Shown: positions 37,466-45,004 of the stretch, in pieces | Position numbering within the stretch: the stretch's first letter is position 1 | Layout: every line of letters starts with the position of its first letter | Assembly: GCA_002505585.1 (NCBI GenBank) | Contig: DAVM01000018.1 | Coordinates: forward strand, 24,717 to 88,716 | Reading direction: 5' to 3' | DNA: 64,000 nt | From: Candidatus Woesearchaeota archaeon UBA489 | GTDB lineage: Archaea; Nanobdellota; Nanobdellia; SCGC-AAA011-G17; UBA489 | Program-made: the position numbers and the translations under genes | Notes under the pieces: generated by a model | Databases searched by the model: none | What the model was told of the DNA's origin: nothing | Seen by the model: the letters and a program-made list of their open reading frames with translations, nothing else

Positions 37466-38299
37466 GTGGTTATGACAAATAAACTAGCATTCTTTGAAGG
37501 AAAGGAAATAAGAAAAACATGGCATAATGAAGAGTGGTATTTCTCTATTATTGATGTAGTTGAAGTTTTAACAGGTTCCTCAAACCCCAGGAATTACTGG
37601 AGTATGCTCAAAAAAAGAGAGTCAGATCATGAAGTTGAGTTGTCCACATTTTGTGTACGACTGAAATTAGCTTCTGCTGATGGAAAATCCTACTTAACTG
37701 ACTGTGCAAATACTGAATCTTTATTCAGAATCATCCAATCAATCCCCTCCAAAAAAGCAGAACCTTTCAAACTCTGGCTTGCTAAAGTTGGTTATGAACG
37801 TATTCAAGAAATTGAAAATCCTGAACTAGCACAAGAACGTATGAAACAACTCTATGAACAAAAGGGTTATTCTAAAGAATGGATTGAAAAAAGATTAAGA
37901 GGTATTGCAATAAGACAAGAACTAACAGACGAATGGAAAAATAGAAAAGTAGATGAAAAGAGAGAATATGCAATACTTACAAATGAAATAGCTAAAGCAA
38001 CTTTTGGAAAAACTGTAGAAGACTACAAAAAACATAAACAACTCAACAAAGAAAATTTAAGAGATCACATGAATGATCTAGAGCTCATCTTTACAATGTT
38101 AGGGGAAAAGGTAACAACAGAAATCACAAAGAATAAAAATGCGCAAGGATTCCAAGAAAATAAACAAACTGCAAGAGAAGGAGGAACAGTTGCAGGAAAC
38201 GCTCGTCGTGAAGCAGAAGAAAAAATAGGCAAAACAGTAGTCTCAGATGAAAACTATTTGAGCACATCAGAAAAAGAAAAAAGAAAGCGATTAACATGA
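37466..38299 (+). CDS. Bro-N domain protein (phage antirepressor / DinD-like)
   Basis: 277 aa; NKLAFFEGKEIRKTWHNEEWYFSIIDVVEVLTGSSNPRNYW...AEPFKLWLAKVGYERIQE matches Bro-N (F.FEG.EIR....dGEpWFva.DVaeaLG..NPr...; pF..Wl...V); C-terminal K/E-rich region. Confidence 0.55.
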   Translation: MVMTNKLAFFEGKEIRKTWHNEEWYFSIIDVVEVLTGSSNPRNYWSMLKKRESDHEVELSTFCVRLKLASADGKSYLTDCANTESLFRIIQSIPSKKAEPFKLWLAKVGYERIQEIENPELAQERMKQLYEQKGYSKEWIEKRLRGIAIRQELTDEWKNRKVDEKREYAILTNEIAKATFGKTVEDYKKHKQLNKENLRDHMNDLELIFTMLGEKVTTEITKNKNAQGFQENKQTAREGGTVAGNARREAEEKIGKTVVSDENYLSTSEKEKRKRLT

Positions 38300-38394
38300 A
38301 CAGAAAAGGACGCACATTCTGGGATTACCTAGCATGGATAGTGCTTGCATTAATTACGCTCTGGCTTATTTTAAAAGTACTAAGAGCCATATAA
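38296..38394 (+). CDS. Tiny hydrophobic peptide overlapping stop of Bro-N gene (ATGA)
   Basis: 32 aa MNRKGRTFWDYLAWIVLALITLWLILKVLRAI; single TM helix; speculative. Confidence 0.2.
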   Translation: MNRKGRTFWDYLAWIVLALITLWLILKVLRAI

Positions 38395-38448
38395 TTCTAC
38401 CTATACATTCTAGCACAACTATGTTTATATATTCGTCACAACTTTTGA

Positions 38449-38640
38449 GTGTATACAAAAATGAAAGGGTTAGTACAAATAATCATAGGACTTATTTTTT
38501 GGGTAGCAGTACTCTACATAAGCACATTTAACAATTGGCTCTTAGCAGCATGGCACTTACTCCAAGGAGGAATAGTTTGGGGACTCTTCTTTGTAGGACT
38601 AGGATTATTGTTGTTAGGATTAAGTGAATTAAAAGGTTAA
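38449..38640 (+). CDS. Small 2-TM membrane protein
   Basis: 63 aa; two hydrophobic helices LVQIIIGLIFWVAVLYI and GGIVWGLFFVGLGLLLLGL. Confidence 0.3.
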   Translation: MYTKMKGLVQIIIGLIFWVAVLYISTFNNWLLAAWHLLQGGIVWGLFFVGLGLLLLGLSELKG

Positions 38641-39860
38641 AAGAATTGTTGTAATCTAGATTGAGATTTAACTTTTTCTAACAACTTACTTTTCTTCAAG
38701 AAAGGATCAATATCAAAAGCTAAAGTTTTTTTAATATAATTACGAGCAAAATCAAGCATAGCATCTTTAGACTCAAAAGTGGAAGGAGTAGATTGCATAG
38801 TTTTCTTCATAGATTCTAAAACAACCCAAACACCTAACGAAGCCCAATAACTAAGGGTTTCAAAACGCAAAACTAAAACAGAAGCTTGTTTCTTTAACTC
38901 TTTCAACTTATTCACAACAGGTAAACGATTAGTAAAATAGCCACCAGCAGTAGCAATAGGATAGCCTTTTAATCCATCATACCATTCTAAATTAGTAGCA
39001 GCTTCTAAAGCTCCAGAAAAGTTCCAAGAACTGCCAGGCATGTACATTTCAAATAATTCAAAACTCCAAACATCAGGAAAAGTTAAAACTAAAAAATAAT
39101 TACCTAAATAACCACCAAAATAAACTTGATAATCAGAAATAGGTTCAAATTGTTTAATTTGTTTAATCACTTCCTTCCCTAACATATCTTGCACAGCAGT
39201 GATACTCCATTTAGTAGGTACTAATTTTCTTCCTTTTTTCAAACCAAGAACGCCAATAGAAAGAATTTTAGATAAAGTATGCTCATCAAACTTGTTTTTG
39301 TATAAATATCTAATAGCATCATTAGCTTTTAAGTCAGTATCTGAAACAACCTTATCAACTTTAGTATCAACTTTCGTATTCTCAGTAATACGAACTTTTT
39401 TCAGAGGAGCACGAGGACCCATTGGCATAGTCACTTTATCAGTATCAAAAGAAATCTTTATCTTCTTTTTTAATTCAATCTCAATATCAACAGGCTTAGC
39501 AGCCATACCAATTTCTTGAGATAATTCAACAAACTTCGTAGACATACTACGAGCTTGGTCAACACGAGTTTTGAAACGAGAATTGATTAAACTACTACGC
39601 AATTGCATAATAGTTTTAATATCAAAATTTTGTTCAGCCCAAAAATGCTCAGCACTATAGATCCAACTTTCATCAACTTTATCAGGAGGAGACAAAATAC
39701 CCATATTCACATTAGGATACTTTAATTTGCTACCAATAAACACTTGAGGAGGAGAATTACCAAAAAAACCATTAGTAATCTTGTTCACTTCCTTAAACAT
39801 AACAGCATTAGTATGAGCAAAATCAGGCACTTTCTTACGAAAAACAGGTGTTGGTTGCAT
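38637..39860 (-). CDS. Nre-like protein (archaeal DNA-repair-associated family, DUF650/DUF651-like)
   Basis: 407 aa; GFFGNSPPQVFIGSKLKYPNVNMGILSPP and VPTKWSITAVQD resemble conserved Nre family segments; recognition from memory only. Confidence 0.4.
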   Translation of the reverse strand: MQPTPVFRKKVPDFAHTNAVMFKEVNKITNGFFGNSPPQVFIGSKLKYPNVNMGILSPPDKVDESWIYSAEHFWAEQNFDIKTIMQLRSSLINSRFKTRVDQARSMSTKFVELSQEIGMAAKPVDIEIELKKKIKISFDTDKVTMPMGPRAPLKKVRITENTKVDTKVDKVVSDTDLKANDAIRYLYKNKFDEHTLSKILSIGVLGLKKGRKLVPTKWSITAVQDMLGKEVIKQIKQFEPISDYQVYFGGYLGNYFLVLTFPDVWSFELFEMYMPGSSWNFSGALEAATNLEWYDGLKGYPIATAGGYFTNRLPVVNKLKELKKQASVLVLRFETLSYWASLGVWVVLESMKKTMQSTPSTFESKDAMLDFARNYIKKTLAFDIDPFLKKSKLLEKVKSQSRLQQFF

Positions 39861-39882
39861 GAACTAACTATATTTTAAAAGT

Positions 39883-40557
39883 TTATAAACTTCGTGGGGG
39901 AAGGTGAGAAGTGACTTCTTTGAATGAAGGAATCAACACATCCATTGTTTCTTGAATTTTTATTTGATCTTGTACACGTTCTTCATGTGACAAATTTTGC
40001 CAACTAGAACCGCCAGTACCACTAACACCTTTTTGTGCAAAAAACATGCGATAACTCAAATGAGGATTAAATCTGATAGTTTCAGGATCTAAATGAGTAA
40101 TATGACAATAGTACAAATTACCACTATTCTCAATACTACAATACCCTTTTTCTTTTTTGTATAACTCTCTTAATTGTTCTCTTGAAACTCTTTCAACAAC
40201 AAAATTACCACCTTTTACCATTTCATCAACAACACTTTTCACTTCGTACTGCTCATTCTTCATAGGAATAATATGCATATGTGCATGAGGAACACTTTGG
40301 CCCCAATTACCATACTCAATCAAAAAAGGTTTAGCAAATAACTGAGTAATCTTGGCTACAAGTAACTCTTTTAGTGACAAGAACTCAGCTTCCAACTCAT
40401 TCGGAAGATCACCAAAACAAACAAAATGTTGCTTCGGAATAATCATCACCTGACCAGCAGTAATTAGCCCTATACCAACTTTTACTACGAAATGTTTTGT
40501 TTCATGTACTATATTTTTCCGTACACGACTAGTATCACAAAAAGCACAAGATTCCAT
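39883..40557 (-). CDS. HIT-family (histidine triad) hydrolase with C-terminal extension
   Basis: 224 aa; HIT motif VPHAHMHIIP (HxHxHxx). Confidence 0.75.
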   Translation of the reverse strand: MESCAFCDTSRVRKNIVHETKHFVVKVGIGLITAGQVMIIPKQHFVCFGDLPNELEAEFLSLKELLVAKITQLFAKPFLIEYGNWGQSVPHAHMHIIPMKNEQYEVKSVVDEMVKGGNFVVERVSREQLRELYKKEKGYCSIENSGNLYYCHITHLDPETIRFNPHLSYRMFFAQKGVSGTGGSSWQNLSHEERVQDQIKIQETMDVLIPSFKEVTSHLPPRSL

Positions 40558-40655
40558 AGTACCATCAACAAACTCAAGCCTTTTATCTCTTTATAAGCCT
40601 GGTGCTTTTATAGCACATAGAAATTCTTTTAAATAAGTCTATATTCACTATTCTG

Positions 40656-41219
40656 ATGGTACTCTTTACAGGGCAAGAACTATTAGAACTAGTAATCATG
40701 ACCTTAGCACTAGGCTACATTTTCATGATTTATGTACAAAGACCATCAACACACTTAGATCTTTTAGGTGGGAAGAACTTAGCATGGGAAGATTTTAAGT
40801 TTGCTATTTTAATAACAGCACCAGCAGTAGTGTTACATGAATTAGCACATAAATTTGCAGCATTAACAATGGGGTTAGCAGCAACATTTCATGCATCATA
40901 TTTTGGATTAGGAATAGGAGTGTTATTAAGATTTTTTAGTTCACCATTTATTGTCTTTGTCCCTGGATTTGTAGAAATACATGGAGCGACAGCACTACAA
41001 TCAGCACTCACTGCATTCATGGGACCTGGAACAAATTTGTTGTTGTTTCTTATAGCAGCAGGAATCTTAAAAAGAGCAAAAAAGTTAACACAAAAACAAC
41101 TAGTTTTTTTACATTTAACAAAACAAATTAATTTATTTTTATTCTTATTTAATATGATACCACTTGCACCTTTTGATGGAGGGCATGTTTTTGGTGGATT
41201 ATTAAAAACTATCTTCTAA
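40656..41219 (+). CDS. M50-family (site-2-protease-like) membrane metalloprotease, minimal form
   Basis: 187 aa; HELAHKF (HExxH in TM helix) and NMIPLAPFDGGHVF (LDG-type motif). Confidence 0.6.
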   Translation: MVLFTGQELLELVIMTLALGYIFMIYVQRPSTHLDLLGGKNLAWEDFKFAILITAPAVVLHELAHKFAALTMGLAATFHASYFGLGIGVLLRFFSSPFIVFVPGFVEIHGATALQSALTAFMGPGTNLLLFLIAAGILKRAKKLTQKQLVFLHLTKQINLFLFLFNMIPLAPFDGGHVFGGLLKTIF

Positions 41220-42099
41220 AGAATCCTTTCTTTACTTTTCTCAGAAATCCTTTTTTCTTAGGAGTTTTTTGATGGATTTTATTTTTAACAACCTTCTTTT
41301 TATTCCTAGGAGAGGGCTTCTTCTTATGTTTTACAACTTTTTTCTTAGGAATAAACTTCTTCTTATGTTTTTTGAAAGGTTTTTTCTTAAGAACGTTCTT
41401 TTTAGCAAATTTCTTCTTAACAAACTTTTTCTTGACAACCTTCTTCTTTGCAACCTTTTTCTTTTTTTGTTTTTTCTTAAGAACTTTCTTAGGTTTCTTC
41501 TTAACAAATTTCTTCTTAACAATCTTTTTCTTAACAACTTTCTTTGCACTTTTTTTCTTTGGTTCTAAATCTTGAGGAATTTCTTCTGCTTCTAATGCTG
41601 CATGTAAATCAGATAATAGTTTTTTCATTTGTTCATTCATTTCTTTTTTTCTTAACTCTGTATCTTCTTGTTGGAGAACTTCATCACATTCACGACAAGT
41701 GAATTGATATTCTAAGGCTTCTTCACCACTCATGCGCAAACACTTACCAGGACAATAATAATAATCTTGTTCTCTTTCTTCTTTGAGTATTTTTCTTAAA
41801 CGACTCATTTTTTCACGCTTCATGTCGATAATTAATAGTCGTGCTTTTACTAAATTAATAGTCCAATAATATTCATACCAACCTTTTATCTTGTCTTTTT
41901 TTCTTATGAAAGAAACTAAGTTATGTTCATCTAAACGGTACAAAAGGTTTCTAACTTGATTTACTGTTATGTCTAAATTGTCAGCAAGTTTAAATTCAGA
42001 TATGTGCTTTTTGTCATACAAATAATGCACTAAAGGAACAGTTTCTTCGCCAGCAATCTCCTTAATCAAGTCATCAATTAATTCCGTAGAGAGACGCAT
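41209..42099 (-). CDS. tfe: Transcription factor E (TFE/TFIIE-alpha homolog) with ~115-aa lysine-repeat C-terminal tail
   Basis: 296 aa; N-terminal winged helix ...KLADNLDITVNQVRNLLYRLDEHNLVSF...WYEYYWTIN, zinc ribbon CPGKC...CREC; residues 181-296 KKKVVKKKFVKKK-type repeats. Confidence 0.75.
   Translation of the reverse strand: MRLSTELIDDLIKEIAGEETVPLVHYLYDKKHISEFKLADNLDITVNQVRNLLYRLDEHNLVSFIRKKDKIKGWYEYYWTINLVKARLLIIDMKREKMSRLRKILKEEREQDYYYCPGKCLRMSGEEALEYQFTCRECDEVLQQEDTELRKKEMNEQMKKLLSDLHAALEAEEIPQDLEPKKKSAKKVVKKKIVKKKFVKKKPKKVLKKKQKKKKVAKKKVVKKKFVKKKFAKKNVLKKKPFKKHKKKFIPKKKVVKHKKKPSPRNKKKVVKNKIHQKTPKKKGFLRKVKKGFFRR
41212..41559 (-). repeat. Intragenic low-complexity tandem repeat encoding K-rich KKKxVKKKF units (tfe tail)
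   Basis: Repeated ttcttcttaacaaa / tttcttcttgacaacc-type units on plus strand; minus-strand reading is (AAG)n-rich. Confidence 0.6.
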
Positions 42100-42236
42100 A
42101 GAAACTATACTTTGGAGAGATCCCTTAAAAAAGCTTTCGCATAAAAATACTTACATAATAAGTAGTTATCATTACATGATAGAATTTTAAAACAAAAGCT
42201 ATATAAATAAAACAGTAAAGATACTTACATAATCAG

Positions 42237-42737
42237 TTGACTATCATGACACAAACACCAACCTACCTAGAAACATTAAGCAAAAAAGACCTCATAAACA
42301 CAATCCAAACACTCCAAAAACACCACCAAGTAACACCACACCAAATAAAACACCTAGTAGAAAAACACAAAACCATACAACTCCCCTCCTACATCTTCAC
42401 AAAAAAATTAAGCGCACTAGAAAGCATAGTAAAATACCTAAAAGAAAAAAAACTAAGCAACCACGAAATAGGACAATTACTCAACAGAAACGATAGAACT
42501 ATATGGACAACAAACAGAAACGCACAAAGAAAAAACAAAGAACCATTCCAAGAAAAAAAAATACTTTTCACCATACCCCTAAACATCTTCAAAAAAAGAA
42601 CACTAAGCATTCTAGAAACATTAGTTACCTACCTAAAAGAACAATACGAAATGAACTACCATGACATAGGACAAGCACTAGAAAGAAACGAAAGAACCAT
42701 CTGGACAGTATACCAAAGAGGAAAGAAAAAACAATGA
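42237..42737 (+). CDS. Protein with two tandem sigma-70 region-4/LuxR-like HTH repeats
   Basis: 166 aa; internal duplication LSALESIVKYLKEKKLSNHEIGQLLNRNDRTIWTTNR / LSILETLVTYLKEQYEMNYHDIGQALERNERTIWTVYQR. Confidence 0.4.
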   Translation: MTIMTQTPTYLETLSKKDLINTIQTLQKHHQVTPHQIKHLVEKHKTIQLPSYIFTKKLSALESIVKYLKEKKLSNHEIGQLLNRNDRTIWTTNRNAQRKNKEPFQEKKILFTIPLNIFKKRTLSILETLVTYLKEQYEMNYHDIGQALERNERTIWTVYQRGKKKQ

Positions 42738-43759
42738 ACTTACCAAAACCAATAAGAGACGCACTCTTCTTAATACTAGTATTACTAGCATTACTCTTTC
42801 TTTTTTCAATGCAAGGAATACTACAACAAGTAGAACATTATAGTGGAGGAGAAAAAATAACAGGAGAAGACGTTAGAATAGGATCAAAAACACCACCACC
42901 CACAACACCACCAAAAATCACACCACCAAAAAAAGGAGAACCAACAAACAAAAATTTAAGATGTTGGACAAAAGCAGGAATACAACAACAAGACCTCAAA
43001 ATAGTAAGAACCTTACTACAAACAACAACATGTACTGAAACAAAAGACAAAAAAGAAGTCAAAGCAAGCATACAAGACCAATGCCTAAAATTTGATATAG
43101 AACAACAAATAACAACCAACATTTGTGTAGACAAAAAAACACCACACTTAGAATTAACCATACCAACACAAGGACAAGGAACAGTAGAAGTACCAACAGC
43201 AAAAAGAAATTATTTACCAGCAATACTCTTCATACTCATACTCTTCATAGTCTTCGGCATATGGAGCTGGGACGAAATGAGAAGCACCTTCAACAAAACA
43301 TTAGACTTAAAAAAATACGACGAACTAGAACTTTTTTATGGAGCAAATAGAATACCAGACTACACACTCACAAAAGAAAAAGAAACACCACCAAACAAAA
43401 TAAACGAAATATACGAAAACCTATTAAAAGAAAAACAAAAAAGAAACAACAAAAACATTTTAAACAAAAAAGAAGCAAAAAAAACAATTACACTGTTTAA
43501 TAAACAAACAGATCAACTCTACAAAATACTAAAAAGAAACGACATTGCAACAGCAAAAAAAAGCTACGACCAACTCTTCAAAACATTCCTAAAAATATAC
43601 AACTCAGTACAAGAAAACAACAAAAAAACCCTACTAAAAATAATGCTCTATTTCGACAAACAAATAAAACTCTTAAAGAAAAGCACAAAAATCTCACACT
43701 TAATAAAAGAAGCATACAAAGATGTAAATAAACACAAAGTAACAAAACAGCATTTATAA
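42734..43759 (+). CDS. Hypothetical membrane protein (two TM segments, Pro/Thr-rich linker, Cys-containing external domain, K-rich cytoplasmic tail)
   Basis: 341 aa; TM1 LFLILVLLALLFLFS, PPPTTPPKITPPKK linker, TM2 LPAILFILILFIVFGIW; 4-nt overlap with upstream gene. Confidence 0.5.
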   Translation: MNLPKPIRDALFLILVLLALLFLFSMQGILQQVEHYSGGEKITGEDVRIGSKTPPPTTPPKITPPKKGEPTNKNLRCWTKAGIQQQDLKIVRTLLQTTTCTETKDKKEVKASIQDQCLKFDIEQQITTNICVDKKTPHLELTIPTQGQGTVEVPTAKRNYLPAILFILILFIVFGIWSWDEMRSTFNKTLDLKKYDELELFYGANRIPDYTLTKEKETPPNKINEIYENLLKEKQKRNNKNILNKKEAKKTITLFNKQTDQLYKILKRNDIATAKKSYDQLFKTFLKIYNSVQENNKKTLLKIMLYFDKQIKLLKKSTKISHLIKEAYKDVNKHKVTKQHL

Positions 43760-43870
43760 TTAACAAAAAAAGGAGAAACAAGAAACATGGAAAAATATTT
43801 ACTACACAAAAATAACAAGAAAACCTTAATAAAGAGAACAAGTGTAACAAGAGAGGGGTTAAAGTAAACA

Positions 43871-44605
43871 ATGGGATGGTTCAGCAAAAAAAAGAAACAA
43901 GTACCAAGAGCAGAATTACCAACAATACCAAGATTTCCACAACAAGGACAAATGCCTAACTATCAAAGAGAAAGGCAAGTACCATCACCAACACAACAAC
44001 CACAATTTCCAGACATAGCAGAACACCCAGTAGAATACAAACCAGAAGAAAATAGACACCCAGAACTACAACACCACGAAGACCCACTAGCAAAGCCACC
44101 AGAAACAGGAATAATGCAACATGATACGCCAGAAAGAGGATTAATGCATAGAGAAGCACCAGAACCAATACAACAACCAACAATGGGAGACATACCCAAA
44201 AGAGAACCAGGATTTATGAACAGATACTCACAAAGAGAAGCAATAGTCAATGGAACAGAAGAAGACATCCCCCTAACAGACCCAGCAGCACAAGCACTAC
44301 AAGAAAGAAGAGAAAAAAACAAAAACCAAAGAATTCCACCAAGACAACTAAACAAACCACCACAAACACAAATGCAACCAAGCACAACAGAAGACAAACC
44401 ACTCTTCGTCAAAATAGGCCAATACAGAGAAGCAACAACCAACATCGCACAGCTAAAACAAAAAATAAGTGCTATAGAACAACTCTTAACACAACTAGAA
44501 ACCATAAAAACACAAGAACAAACAGAAATAGACAACGTAAAAAACGAATTAAACCAAATCAGAGAAAAACTCCTAACCATAGACAAACAACTCTTTGAAG
44601 TATAA
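43871..44605 (+). CDS. Pro/Gln/Glu-rich disordered protein with C-terminal coiled coil
   Basis: 244 aa; shadow ORF on opposite strand is Cys/Ser-rich junk, supporting + strand as coding. Confidence 0.5.
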   Translation: MGWFSKKKKQVPRAELPTIPRFPQQGQMPNYQRERQVPSPTQQPQFPDIAEHPVEYKPEENRHPELQHHEDPLAKPPETGIMQHDTPERGLMHREAPEPIQQPTMGDIPKREPGFMNRYSQREAIVNGTEEDIPLTDPAAQALQERREKNKNQRIPPRQLNKPPQTQMQPSTTEDKPLFVKIGQYREATTNIAQLKQKISAIEQLLTQLETIKTQEQTEIDNVKNELNQIREKLLTIDKQLFEV

Positions 44606-44931
44606 TGGCAGAAGTCCACACACAACTAGAACAACCAAAAGAACTAAGAAAACTAGTCCTAGACACAGCATTAGAAACAGCAGAAGCAGGGAAAAAACTC
44701 AATGCCCTAACAACAGTACAAAAACAAAAAACACAAATAAAAACAAAAATAGGAACAACACTCAAAGAACTCCAAAAACAACTAGAAACATTCAAAAAAA
44801 GCATACCACCACTACCAACAGAATTCATAGAAAAACAAACACGAATAATCAAAAGACAAAAAGAACCAACAGTACCACACCATCTAACAAAAGACATCAC
44901 AGAAATAAAACAAAGATTGAACAAAATATAA
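44605..44931 (+). CDS. Small coiled-coil protein
   Basis: 108 aa; start overlaps stop of previous gene; heptad-like K/E/Q-rich sequence. Confidence 0.4.
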   Translation: MAEVHTQLEQPKELRKLVLDTALETAEAGKKLNALTTVQKQKTQIKTKIGTTLKELQKQLETFKKSIPPLPTEFIEKQTRIIKRQKEPTVPHHLTKDITEIKQRLNKI

Positions 44932-45004
44932 AAAAGCTATTAAAAATAGGGAAATAAGCCCTTTTCACAACATATTTAAATAACCATATACTCCTTCTGA
45001 AACT

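Noticed and set aside
41300-41560. Periodic repeat that superficially resembles a repeat-spacer array
   Set aside because: It is in-frame coding sequence for the Lys-rich tail of TFE; units are imperfect and contiguous, not spacer-separated; no cas genes
43963-44625. 220-aa Cys/Ser-rich minus-strand ORF (and 43956..44183, 44559..44924)
   Set aside because: Antisense to the Pro/Gln-rich gene; composition (C/S/G/L) is the mirror image of CAA/GAA/CCA-rich coding strand
44595-44957. 120-aa + ORF in alternate frame (T/K/R/N-rich)
   Set aside because: Overlaps the in-frame 44605..44931 coiled-coil ORF; product is pure low complexity
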